Below, piece after piece: positions 24,930 through 37,775 of a stretch of DNA of 64,000 nt; the first letter of the stretch is position 1, and every line of letters starts with the position of its first letter. Source of the DNA: Chlorokybus atmophyticus (taxonomy: Eukaryota > Plantae > Mesostigma and Chlorokybus algae); the NCBI GenBank assembly GCA_009103225.1, contig RHPI01001116.1:317380-381379 (forward strand). The letters are read 5' to 3'. The notes beneath the pieces are model-generated. The model had not been told where the DNA came from. It saw only the letters and a program-made list of their open reading frames with translations, and made no database searches. The translations under genes and the position numbers were made by a program.

Positions 24930-26975
24930 CTAAAAACCCATCTGCGACTGCTGGTTTGCTGTGTAACCCCTGCCCATTGGCGCATTAACATAGGCTTTGC
25001 CGGCGACCTGCCAGATGCATAAACGTTACTCAGGTGGCCATACCGCAAAAGACACCGCAGTTCAATAGATATCACAATGAACTACTGCTACAGAGGACCA
25101 CTGTATGTTGAGGACACGCAAACACAAATCAGAACCACTATGTCATCCGACCATAACAAGTCATAACAGCACATACCGGTGCAAGGGTCTTTACATCAAC
25201 AGCGCCCTTGCGCACTGGAGTATAATTGGAGAGTGAAAGATCGACTAGATTCTTGCCCTTGCCCAAGAAATCTGCATGGCACAGATTGCATCAGAACACT
25301 GCACACCACGACCATGCACTCGTTTGTCAATGACATGAAATGCTTCATACCGTTTGGCGAGTCATCCAAGCGTGGGACATGTCCATTTGGTCCCAGGCCT
25401 GGAATACCAAGTGAGGAAGCGGGAGCAGGCCGTGAGGGCTGGCCGAAGCCGGGCTGCTGTGCCTGGGATGGCGCAGAGAAGAAGTTTTGAGTGCCAGATG
25501 AGGCTGGCGCTGCTGCTGGGAAGAACACGCCTGTTTGCTGCGGGCGATAGAAGGTGGGAGCAGGAGCATACACTTGAGAACTGCCAGAGTCTGCATGCCA
25601 GCCAATCGCCAGAGGTGCTCCGGCATTGGCAGAACCCCCACCCAGGATGTTTACAACAAATGGATTTGTTGGGGCGTAGTGGCCAAGCTGAGCGGGAGCG
25701 GACATAAGGTCCACCTGCTGTGGTCTTTGGCCGCCAGATACATCCATGAAATCACCTGGGGCTGGCAGTGCAAGGAACTGTTGCTGTTGTTGTTGCTGAT
25801 GGCCGAAGGCTTGGGCAAAGATTGCATCAGAAGCAGATGTGCGGTTCTGAGGGACAGGGTTAGCCGGTTCGCTGTCACCAAACAGCAACTGTGAAAGTGT
25901 GTCTGGAGGCAACATGGTAGGCGGCTTCATCTGCAACACAAAGACAGTTGTCACCGGCCAGATACCAATACAACAGACAATCAGGCTTACTATCGGTCTT
26001 GCTCTTTGCAACCATACCTCTTGAGCAGGCTCATCAATGACGACCAATGCCATTGACTCTTCAACTGGGGCTGGTGCAGGTGCTGCTGTTCCATTGGCTG
26101 CGGGAGGATGTACGTCGTCTTCTTTGATTGCCTGTCGTATTTGCTCTGTCTCCTTATAAGTCTTCATGGACTCAGCCAAAGCGCGCGCGATCTGCCGCTG
26201 CTCTTCATCCTCATTGGCAGGCACCCCAGGGCGCGAGGAGGCCGATGAGCGTGCATCTCCATACGGGTTGTTGTAAGTGTACGTATCGGATGTGCGTCGA
26301 TTGCTGTAGCCTCCAGAGAAGCTTGCTGACCTGCCACCACCCACACCACTGCCGAAACCCTCTATGCGTCCAGCGACTTCAGCATTGCCCAAGCCTGCAG
26401 CCTCAGGACCAAGCATCTGCGAAACAGCTTGCCAGTGAGCACACTCTTGCAGCGCGAAGCTGTGCGTAACTATGCACATAACTACATAACTATGCACATA
26501 ACTATGCTATAAGATCTGATCAAGGGCATTGCAGTGTGGACAAACCACTGCAGTAACATAGCAGTTGTTGGCCCTGTCATGGCCAAGGAGACACTGAGGC
26601 TGACGAGGCACATAGTGCACAACCAATACTCAGAAAAATGGCTAACTCGCTCACCGATCTTCGTCGCTCGTACTCCTCTACGTCCAAACGCACTGGTCCA
26701 CGACCATCACTTGAGGCCTCGGCTGCCTCAATGATAGCCAACAAAGCCTCTGCCTGCAGCAAACAAAGAACACGCAAGTTTTACGCATAGCACGTGACAC
26801 GGGCCACGTGACAAGCAGTGGTTACAACACTGCCTTGCCTTTCTGCGCACGCTTATGCCCTTATCTTTGCTGTCCTCAGGGTCAACGAAGTGAAAGTTCT
26901 TGGCCAAAAAGCGCACCTGCATGGATTGCTGATAAGTACTCAAAACAACACCAGGGTGGACAAATACAGCAACTG

Positions 26976-27030
<55 letters not shown>

Positions 27031-28406
27031 CACCTGCAAGTAAGCATACCACCTTCCGTGCACTGCTAGCTGTGGTTGCTGCTGAGGACCTTAAGCTGCA
27101 TCACCTGGATGTGAAGACTGCCTTCCTCTACGGAGAGCTGGAGGAGGACATCTTCATCGAGCAACCACCTGGATATGAAGAAGGGGAGAGAGGCACAGCG
27201 TGCAAGCTGATCAAGGCACTGTACGGGCTGCGACNGCGCCCCCCTTTCCCCTCTTTGCATGCACTTGCACACGGCGCACACCCATAGCCATATACCAAAA
27301 AAGCAAGCAAATGCGTTCATGAGTGCTTGCCTTGTGTGCATGGTAATTGCACAGATCTTCAAGCACACGAGGACTGCCCCGTGTGCTACAGAACTCCAAA
27401 ATGGTCAGCGCCTTGTGCACCTTTCTCCTGCAAAGTGGAGACCCTTTCACTGCCAAACATGTCAGACACACAGACAAAAGCAGCATCCAGTATTGCTATG
27501 CTCAGCATTTGACCAGTGTGGAAATGACAGATGATGAATGCTCAACTGAGTGCAACGCCACTCATGAACTGCAAAGTGCTCGCCAAGCAGCACTGCATAC
27601 ACATACCAATTATGTGGTTTCTCATCAAGGCGACTCAACAACGTGTTCATGATGAGAGAGTAATCAAATGGATCTCGAGAGGCATTGGCGATGAAGTTCA
27701 TGTCAGAGCCATGCGGGCCCCAAGCTTCGTTGCTGGTGGCATTCTTGACCTGCACAAGGACAGGAACACAACCTTATGCATTTGCAATGATGCATATTCA
27801 CTAGCTGCGGCAACTGTGCATGACGGGCATGCGCGCAAGGTAAGGTAGGCAGGTTGCCTACACCTGCTTACCATGGTCACTATTGTTGGCTCCTTGTTCC
27901 ATTTGCTCTTGGCCGACTTATACAAGGACTTCATCTTGCGCATGGCTGCAGAGCGAACGGCTTAGTATGTACCCTACTCGGCAAGCATGCGATCCCACAA
28001 CACTAACACTGTGCGCCCAGGCAAGAAATGACGACACCCCATCGCAACAGCCGTTCAGCGAGTCGCTTGCAGCGGCTGCACTGGGACAGTTATACTTTTC
28101 AAATGCAATGCTCACATGCCAACGTGCGAACATAGCAAGTTCCGAAGCAAGCTCACACTGGATGCCTTGACACTGCAGAAGTATGCGACCAGTATGTAAA
28201 GCTCCATGCCGTTCAAACAGCGTGCAGGTATATAGTATATATAACTTATATGCGCACGGGCTGCAGCCGTGCATGCGTGTGTAAACATGCTAGCTGTTAG
28301 CGGCCATGGTGTACCGAGGCATCCGCAGCACTTCAATGACAAGTAACGGCAACATGCCATGCTCACCCAAGACATCGGCACGCAGGTTGCTCGCGGTCCC
28401 CGGCAT
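24930..28406 (-). CDS. ENTH-domain clathrin adaptor (epsin-like) with a UIM-like helix and an NPF motif
   Basis: [26 protein letters not shown]../[17 protein letters not shown]../[19 protein letters not shown]../[25 protein letters not shown] (ENTH); [16 protein letters not shown] (UIM-like); TNPF; KNLVDLSL; ..APMGRGY..GF*. Confidence 0.9.
27030..27241 (+). mobile_element. Ty1/copia reverse transcriptase fragment (~70 codons) inside an epsin intron, antisense to the gene
   Basis: [63 protein letters not shown](Q)AP matches RVT_2 motifs (DVKTAFLxG, LxKALYGLxQAP); flanked by poly-C 26979-27029 and containing n at 27235. Confidence 0.9.
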
Positions 28407-29150
28407 CTTGACGGAGCGACGCTAGAAGCCGGCCAGGCTAACCAAGAAAGAAGGACACCAACTTGCGGACAGTCCAGCAGGACGAGCGCAACACTCCAGG
28501 CTCACAAGCAAAACCTGCCCACTGCAAACCCTAAGCGGGCCTTCCACCCAGCTTGACTATGCCCGTACAACCGTTTTTTCCCGTTGCAGCACCAAGTTGC
28601 CACGCCGGAGACCTCGCTTACACACCACCTCCTCCTTCTCCTCGTGGTCGTCCTCGGCGGCGGCCACCGCAGCGACGAGGCCAGTGTCACCAATGTGCAG
28701 CTGGCAGCGACACTGTCCAGCTTTGGGGCCTGGCACGGTTAACCAAAAGCACCAAAGTGTTGCTACGAAACCTTGGTTACCTGCGGGAGATTTCAGCCTA
28801 TATTCTTGATATCTGCGAGGTTCCGCCTCTGAAGGTCCGTCGAGCGTGACACAGCTTTGGTCGGTTTGAGCTGACGGAGTAACGACGCCTGGACTTTTTG
28901 TCCACGAAAAGCGCACGCTGGTGGCATCTCGGGCGCACGCTCGCTCCCTAACGTGTAACGGTATCGTTATTCCTGGTACGAGTCCAGCAGTGTGCGAGCG
29001 TTCGTTTCCGAAGTACGCAACGTGCTCGTTCCACGTGTACGCTATGCATGATGCGCGCTATGGTACGATGCGCTCTGCGTGTATTCCATTAACAAAACCC
29101 GCGCCCGGGCTATTGACGACGGTGCTGCGATAGTGGGCGGCGCGTGCCTA

Positions 29151-29288
29151 TACTTATGGTGGACTTGGGAGCTCAGTTGTTAATATCTGGCCAAGTCCAC
29201 CATAAGTAGTCTCATATATGTTACATGAGCCCCTTGGGAGCTCAGTTGCCAATATCTGGCCAAGGGGCTCATGTAACATATATGAGAC
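29151..29288. repeat. Twin abutting perfect hairpins (18-bp and 29-bp stems) sharing a 22-nt loop
   Basis: Arms 29151-29168/29191-29208 and 29209-29237/29260-29288 are exact reverse complements; loops GAGCTCAGTTGTTAATATCTGG and GAGCTCAGTTGCCAATATCTGG. Confidence 0.95.
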
Positions 29289-30604
29289 ATCCTACCTGCA
29301 GTAGATTACCTTCTTTGATGCAATGTCTAGTAGCAATGATGACACACCGTCTCGGAGCATTTGAATATTGTGGTGTTGGAATATTTTACCTGTGCACATT
29401 TACATTTTTTCATGGTATACTGCATAAAGATGATAAATCGGTATAATGTAGACGCGATAAACATATACAATGTAATCGTTCTGTAAGACATAGAGTAAAA
29501 TGAAGCTTGCAAATCGACGTTGTACACATATCGGTACAACATGATATTACAATGTGGTTATATGTAAAACAAATGTAAAAGTAAAATGCATATTACTTTT
29601 ATGCTCATTTTACATATACGTACGTGTGTACATGCGATAATGCTTTTTTTGGTCGCAAAGCAATTGTCTTCGTTGCATTATGCTATTAAGTGTGGATCTT
29701 GTAATTTGGTGTCAAATTTCATGTTATATTTGCAAAACTTTGTGTTGTAATTGTCACTTGACCAAGTCATGGTATATAGAGTCAACGTGATGCTAGCTAA
29801 CAACTGCACGAGCTTAGCCCTAGCTATATGGTATGATGCCTGCACATATGGCACACAATCCTCAACCATAATGCTGATGAGCTGGCTATAATGATGAGAA
29901 CCAATCTCAATCTTGCAACCATGTGCGTTGGTTGTCATTGTACTAGAAGTGTATCATGTTGGATGCATGTCATGCCATGTTGCAATTGCCCTATGCAGAC
30001 TCAAAACCATACCTTATCTTGCGCATGCAATGCCCACTAACTGGAAACAATGCATGGCTTCCAGTATGCAACCAGATCTCGCGCATAAGGCAGGCCTCAA
30101 CTGAAAAAGTGTCGTGTGCACAGTCCATGCTAAAAAGTGAGCGTCATGAAGTCTACTTCAAAAACTCTTTATACCCGCAATGTTCCAGCTCTGTCTCATG
30201 GTGGCGAGTGCACAAGGCTGTAAGCCTACCCACGAGTGCATAATCATGCACTGGTGCACAACTGCGTTGAGCTCAGTGCAACATATCAGACTGCGTCCAT
30301 GTCACAGCCAAGCATACATGTACTTGCTTGGCACTTGAAGAAAGGAGACTTGCAAGCTTGGTGCAACGCTTGTGAACTGGTAAGCCAATGCACCAGTCAA
30401 CTTGCTTAGCATTGGGCAGGGCTGCGCTTGTGTGCACATGTACTCAACTTGCTCTGCAGGCAGGTACCTCTTGTGATGCACACAAGTTTGTACCTGACCT
30501 GCTGCATCACATTGCCATCGGCGCATATGACTGTGCTGTGCACAGCAACTCACCCCGCCACAAGGCGGGATGACATTGCGGTTTCACCTCCCCCTGGCCG
30601 ACCA

Positions 30605-33516
30605 TTAATGCTGCATATCTTTCAAGGCGTCTCGTACATGTCGCACAATGCGGTCGTGAACAGGCTCCTGCATAAACACCACCATGGCTGATTTTGGCTA
30701 CGGTTACCAGTGTTACGTAGTTTGTTTTGGGATAAATGGCGTCTGTTAGGCCTCTAAGCCAGCTGATATGAACCCGCTGCGGCATACCTCTGTGCTTGGC
30801 GGAATGAAGAGCTCCCCAGTGATTGTCTCATACAGCAAGATGTACCTGAAGACGGCAAGTGTGAGAAGCCAATCTGATCCATGAGCGCCATGGCAACAAC
30901 CTCCCTATTGCCATTCAGCAACTGACTGGCAATACACAACCCTAGCATACAACAACCCACCGTAGCAGATGCATGCACAATGCAAGTTGAAACCAATATT
31001 TGCCATTACTTGTAATATCTTTAGGAAGGCTGTGGGCACTGATTGTAACAACACCACACAGAGGGCAAGCAGCATGAATGGCACACAAGCCTGCATGCAA
31101 CTGCTCACCGTCTGGACAGCTCTGTCACTAGGTCTGCAGGTGCTTCAGGGAGCACTGCATCGTTGTATGGATCGCAATGTTCGCGGAACCATAGACGCAA
31201 GAACTCCTGCAGCCAAGCACATCAGTTTCCATTGGCCTTACATGAACAGCTTGTGAATGAGGCTGTCCACATTGAGAACTGGCTGGGTGTAGGCAGACAA
31301 ACATCGCATTCCTGTGCATTGTAGGACTGCATCAAATTGTGTATCACATGCTTCCTTGTCACGCCAGCTTACCTTGTCTATGTTTGCAGGCTCTTTGCCG
31401 GCTGCAAACAGCTCGTTGTATGTCTCTGCAATCCAATATCGACTTGAATCTGGAGTATGCACCTGAGCGCAGAGGTCTGTTTGTGAGCATGTCAATACCA
31501 AAATCTCAGTAGCGTGTGCAAGCCATGCTGTCCATCACCTCGTCTATCAGCAAAATTGTCCCATCATCTGCGCGCCCAAACTCATACTTCGTGTCCACAA
31601 GCAGCAGACCATGCTGAGCCGCTGCTTTCTGCAAGACCACAAAATGCTATGATGCCCGCTGCTTGACAACCACAAGCAAGCAGATCACATCTGCCTGACA
31701 ACGCGCACACTGAATGCATACTTTACAAACAAATGCACCTGACCGTAAGAAAACAGCTCCAAGGCTTTGGCGCTAACGTACTCCCAATCTGCCTGCGTCA
31801 TGAGTCCCATCTCCACTATCTGCACACAGCTGCATTATGTTCATCACCGCTTGCCAGCTGGTAGCTTCACAGTGACAGTACGGGTGCTAAAAAGCTGCAA
31901 CCAGTTACTGCCATCAATGCATTCTCCATAGATGCATTGGCTGTCTAACAACACTAGCAAGTGAAGGTGTGGACCTGCTTTGGGCTGACAGGCCTGTCGT
32001 GGTCCTTGTCCTTGGTGGTGGGCGTCAGGAGGTTCTGATCTAGCTTCTGGTTCCTTACAAGACCTGAACAAATGCCTAACATAGTAACCAGGTGGCTCGC
32101 AAGGCACAAAGGCCAGGCGCATCATGTGATCAAGGCTCCTAGTTGCTACAGATACTTTTGCGAAGCCGTCGCTAATACTTACTGACACAGCGCTGCAAGA
32201 TGGGGCTACCTAAGCTCACCTTCCGACAATATGTTCCCGCAGTATTCTCGATCTCCCCGGTTATACACTGTCCATAGGGATGTGCTTGTGCTGCCTGTGA
32301 TGTATCCCCTGACTGCAAACAAAGCCTCAATGCACGGCATCAGCTTGTGCAGCCAAAAAACAAGGCCAAAACAGCCTAGACAGCGTTGCAGTCACTCACC
32401 AACAAACTCAACAGGAAATACTGTGCATTTGCGCGCAATTGTGACATTTGGATCGGGTGTGGACAAAACTGCATTGGGAATGATATCGGTGGTGTTGTCA
32501 AACCACCAGAGACTGGTCTCATTCAGAACCTGCAAAAGGCTGGCAACATTAGCTCAACACAAAGTTAGTCACATGGGGGACAACACAACAGACACGTTAC
32601 TGCTTCGCGTACCTGCCCCTTGAAAGGAACAGATGCCAGCAAACGGTCAAAAGCGCTCTGCCTGTCAGTTGTTACTATCACAATCGCGTCTCCAGCGTCA
32701 TATGTGTCGCGCACCTGCATATGAAGGCTTGTCACAAACTACGTAATTGTAACAAGTCCGCGTGTTCATTGTGCCTGATCAAGGGAATCACCTTGCCTTG
32801 AACTTTGCTACTCAGCCTCAAGCCATGCGCAGGATCGTCAAGAGAAGTCTCCGTCAAACAGTTGGCCAGCCCTGCGGTTACTGCACCTGCCACCTGCCAA
32901 GCATGTGCAAATTCAGTGAGGCACGCAGACAGTTGGGAGATTTGGAACAAAAACACAGGATATGAACACAACGCAGTTCTATGATGGTAGTAAGTACTTA
33001 ACAACGGGGATGTCGTTGGTTTTGACACCAATGACTCAACCTGAACAACCATTGTCACAAAGTCACGCTGGCAAAGATGCTAAGAATGCTAACAGCATGA
33101 GTGCAATAAGGGATTGAACTGCTTGTACTTGTCACCAAAGACCATACCCCTCTCCCCGGGAAGAGGGGAGGGGGACATGCATTGTGCTACTGCGAGTTGG
33201 CTGCGAAGAGTATCGTCTGCGGCCAACATACGTATAAATGCGCAGTCACTGTGAGCTGCTGCAACACGAGGTCATCACGCACCTCAGGCCGAGGGCCTCG
33301 CTGCAGCCGTTGCGCCACATCCACTCCAGCCACGGTGGTCACTCGCACTGCCGCCCTGCGGCCTGGTATCCTCCGAGCCGCAGCTACCCCCAGACCCTTC
33401 AAAACGCTGCTCTTTAGGACTGTTGACGGCTGCTTCCACCTCGAACAAGCCAAGGCAGACGGCGGACAGCACGCCACCGCCGCCACCAGCGCCGCCGCCG
33501 CTGTCGCCAACGCCAT
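30605..33516 (-). CDS. purC: SAICAR synthetase (phosphoribosylaminoimidazole-succinocarboxamide synthase), plastid-type transit peptide
   Basis: [19 protein letters not shown]; [14 protein letters not shown]; [14 protein letters not shown]; [12 protein letters not shown]; [14 protein letters not shown]; Ala/Ser/Arg-rich N-terminus from ATG 33516. Confidence 0.95.
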
Positions 33517-33687
33517 GCCCCTAGAACCCTAAATTGCGAGTTCAGTGATCATCTTGCATCACAGCCAGGTTGAGCTCAATGATCCTATGCTTAGGTGGCA
33601 CCGGTTCACTGAACGCGCCAGCGTCTTTTGCCGGGGAAGTGCGCTGCCCACCGCCACGTGGAAGTGTGCCGTCTCGAACCATCAGCA

Positions 33688-33696
33688 AAACCCTAA
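33688..33696. promoter_or_regulatory. Telo-box in the PurC/PAM16 divergent promoter
   Basis: AAACCCTAA; a second AACCCTAA at 33525-33532. Confidence 0.5.
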
Positions 33697-34008
33697 ACGG
33701 CGGCGGCGGAGCTAGCAGGAGGAAGAGCAGTCCGGCGACGAGCAGCAGGGGAGTAGTAGTAGTAGGAGGAGGAGGCGCAGGTGGAGGTGGAAGAGCAACC
33801 GTTGGGGCCAGGCGGCGCCGTCAGTGACTACTGTGTTGAGTTGCTGGTTGAACAAGCAGCTGGCTAGTGTCAGCCAGTTGGACAACAGCCTGATTGGCGG
33901 CGGCCTCAGGAGCGGTGTATAGCTGGATTAGCGGTTGGTTGAAGAATTGCATAGCAGTGGGCTTCTCACGAGCTGGGTGCTGGTTTGGATCCTCCGTTGT
34001 GATTAACC

Positions 34009-34968
34009 ATGGTAAGCAGATTGGTGTTGTTGAGGTTGCTGGCCTGGAGTGCTGCACTTGTTGTGGTCCCCTGTTTGCACTATCAGCGGTGCACATCTAC
34101 GCTATTGTATGATAATATTTTACCAGGCTTGTTTATCACATGTCGTTAAGCTGCTGCCGACGTTGCACCCGCCTTTGTGCAAACCACAGTTGAGTGAGGT
34201 TGGGTTTGGAGCCCTCATGCACGTGTTTTGGTCAGACGTATTCCCTGTGTGTATGACGCTTCATTAGTTGTCATCAATGTTGCGTCTACTACCGCCTCAG
34301 ATCAAAACACACTTTTATGCACCTTGTTGCGCACTCACATGCGGCTGCATGGATTTTGTTATATGTGCAGGCGGGTAAGATTATAGCAAATCTTATTGTC
34401 CTTGGCGGCGGTATCGTCATGCGAGCTATGGCACAAGCTTATCGGCAAGCGTTAGTGAGTAAGTGGCAGCAGTTTGCATGCTTGTAGCACCGGTTGGAAC
34501 TGTATGTCGGATTACCAATTCGTTATTTGGTAAGCTGTGCTATTGGTTTCAACATTGCGTAAAGCATGACTCATACTGTCTTACGCAGATGCTTCCAAAA
34601 CTGGTGTGGCGAGTGAGGTTACTAAAAACACGGCAGCTCGAGCCACAAAACAGATGACCCTTGACGAAGCAGAAAAGATCTTGGGTATTGACCGAAATAT
34701 GAAGTGGGAACAGATCATGAAGGTTAGTGCTTTGAGTTGTGCTGTCCGCAAAGGTTTATTGCCAGTGCAGTCTGTCTTACCATTTCTTGTACCATTTCAA
34801 ATGTTAGATCGGTAACATCAGGTTGTGCAACAGAGGTATGACAGGTTATACCAAGCAAATGAGAAAGGGGGGACTTTCTACCTTCAGTCCAAAGTTGCAC
34901 GAGCCAAAGAAAGGCTCGAACAAGCGCAAGAGTATGCACAAGCACAGCAAAGGAGTACAGGCTCGTAG
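34009..34968 (+). CDS. PAM16: Mitochondrial import motor subunit PAM16/TIM16 (J-like domain); first coding exon is the ATG only
   Basis: [48 protein letters not shown]../[28 protein letters not shown]. Confidence 0.95.
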
Positions 34969-35779
34969 GCTGCGGCATGTGAGAGACTTTTTACACTTGC
35001 CGCCATTGCGGCAGCCGCGCTGATGGCATTCATACTCCGTTTCTGGTGACGGCAGCACCTGCACTCGACCTTCATACTGTTGAATCTGAAGTTACAGATG
35101 CAGCACCTCCCGCTCATACAGTAGTTGCACATGAGGCTGGTGGAGCCTACAGCGCAGCATGTGTGCCAGGCTGGTGGAAGCACACTACCACTGAGCCAGC
35201 CTGCTATGTTGAGGCACACGTTTTGTGGTGATTTTGTAACGTAACGAGAGGGTAGTGGGTTAGACTTGGGGTTGCCTGTTAGTATCTCATTCTTTGGTGA
35301 GCTGCATTGCTCATGTTAATAGTTGCCTATTAATCATTTAACTCTCTACTGATCAGTGCTCATCCTACGTTTCACATAGGATGAGCACTGGTCAGAAAAG
35401 TGCATGTGGTCAATCAGACACCAATGCCAATGGTGCTCCCGAGTTCTCTCCAGTATTGTAGAATGCCTGCGCCTACATTAGCTCAGCAACATGCACAGTC
35501 TTGCTCGCATTGCACCACACGTCACAAAGCTGCCTGTTGTTGTGCTTAGCTCGCAACAGCATGTTGGCGACAATACTGCGAACTGGTACTGCATTGGCAG
35601 TCTGATTCAACAATTCCATGCCCTGCACACTTGAACACAAGATATGGCAAACTCTATACATATACACAGCAGCGCGTGCAACTTCTACATATGGTGACGC
35701 TTGTGCCACTACCTCTGTGAAAGGCATCCAAAATTGTGTACGCAGAGGGCAACATGCAGGGAGTCAGGTATCAAAACGA

Positions 35780-36325
35780 CTAGTTGTAGTAAAGCTCAAG
35801 GCCCATGCCGTCATGAATCTCGTAATCAGCGAGCGTTATGTGGTCCTTGTAGATTGTGTACCTGCAAGGGGCAGCCTGGTCAGCTGTGGTTGGTGTTTCC
35901 GAGTGACCACCATGTATAATGCTATACTATACAACTCACCATTTCTGAATGCGGATCTTCTCGGGCCGCGTGCCGGTTTGGGCTGCAATCAACTTCTTCA
36001 GGTCGCCAATGGTATCATCCTCACTGTACAGCATAAGCCGTGAACTGAGTTGGTGGCTACAAGCGTGATGTGTGTAGGCTTATCTGTATTTCACATGCAA
36101 GTACAAGAAAGTAGCAATTACAGCAAGTATGCATTGGCTATATCACAGTCCGGGACATGCACTCCTTGTTCTCATGAATGGTACCAAGTACAGTCATTGT
36201 GTTCTACACGCAGGCAGATACAATCATAAACTCATCAAGAAAGTGTGCAAACAAACAACGGGCCCGTACTTGCACTTGACTCGCACTTTTTTGCCCAAGC
36301 GGTCGTTGCAAACCACCTCTATCAT
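35780..36325 (-). CDS. UBL5: Ubiquitin-like protein 5 (HUB1), 3 exons
   Basis: [73 protein letters not shown]. Confidence 0.97.
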
Positions 36326-37775
36326 GGCGGCTGCAGCGCGCACGCCAGCCGCTGTAAACGAGAACGACGAGCTAGGCAAGTAATGGTATTTGTCACGCAC
36401 AACCCAGGCACCCTACCCTAACCCTAATCTACGCTGGGCCAACGCTGTCCGCCCCAGACTATGCAAACCCAGCTTGCAGATTACCCTACATGCAACCGGC
36501 TCGCTGGTTCAGAACTCCCCGACGTCACACTCACACTCCTCACACTCACTGCACTCCCGGGCCAGACGCCGCCGCCGCCGCCGTGCGCCCAGCGTGTAGT
36601 CTACCTGCAGTATTCTTGTATTGAGGGTTGTTGTACATGGGTACTGCTCGTCCAAAGACGCAATATACCAACATCATCAGACGACCTGCCAACTTTCCGT
36701 GCAATTCACGTCGTTTGCATGTAGCAAATATCAACCAACTGGAAAACCAGAATCTGAGCTGGACAAAACTTCTAAAAGACTTTGTCCATAAGTTGAGGCG
36801 GAGGACAACTCCCACGCGCCTCTCCGGCGCGCAGTGCTAATGGGCCCCATCCCACTCGTCCCCCTGCCTGGCGGCGCGCCCATCCCCGTGTCGTTGCTGC
36901 GGAACGCCCGTGCGTGCGATTGGGCACGAAGCCCCCCCCAGCAGCCAGCCCGTGGTCGCGACTTGCTGCAAAATCCGTGCACGGCATTGCTCTCTGCCTG
37001 TGTGCCGTGTGGTGGGCGTGCACGGAGGGCTAGCGTGTCGGAGAGGCGCGAGGTGGCGGCGGCGGCGGCGGCGGGCAGGCGGGGGGTAAAGGGGTCAGCG
37101 GAGGGTTGTGGCCGTTGAGGGTCCGAGGGTGCTGGTTTGTCCTTGTGCTAAGTTTTGGGCTGCTGCCGCGCGGCCGGTTTTTGTTTGGCCCCGCTGGGCG
37201 GCGGTCGTTGCCGAGTGTTACACTTGAAGGGTAAGCACATTGCAGGATCGTTATTTGTGTTTTCGTTTGCTGGTCTGCCAAGGGGCAGCTTCTTGACACT
37301 AAGTTAGCCTGCTGGCCATACTTTGCAAGCGGCGCCACTGTGTTGCATACTATCCGACGCCATTCTCCTAGATCCTTGCACAGTTTTCAGGCCGTAGAGT
37401 TTTGCAAGAAGCTCGCCAGCATGCGCAGCTTTGCGAGCGGTCCTGTTCTACGATGAAATACCCGATAACTCGCATGCAAGCAACGAAGCAACTTATCAAG
37501 GCAGTTCCAGCGCAATTGTAGTGCTGCTGCCAAACCTCATTTCAGCTCAGTCTAGTTTGGTTCAGCGCAATTGCTGCTAGGAAGCATACATGTCAGGTTT
37601 CTGAGTTGTTTGCAGCCTTCCGATGGCAAGCTGTTTGCATTGCAGGTGAAGGGGTAACAAGGGTAATGTGGAACATGCGGCTTCCACGCAAAGCATGACA
37701 TGCATGGGTGAAGTCCTGGCGTGTTCACAAGCAGCATAAGCGGCTGACGCCCACAGATCGCCAAAGCGAGAAAAG

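Noticed and set aside
29169-29190. tRNA gene suggested by AGCTCAGTTG
   Set aside because: No anticodon arm, no T-loop GTTCRA and no acceptor stem
29164-29264. CRISPR-like repeat-spacer-repeat reading of the twin hairpins
   Set aside because: Only two repeat copies, eukaryotic context, no cas genes, and the spacer is made of the hairpin arms
29151-29288. Sequencing hairpin or junction adapter as the origin of the shared loop
   Set aside because: The loop does not match the SMRTbell, Nextera mate-pair or 454 linker sequences as I recall them, and the two loops differ at 2 nt; not fully excluded without raw reads
31845-31865. Possible fifth GC donor (CTG|GCAAGC) in PurC
   Set aside because: Falls inside a GT-AG intron once the exons are stitched
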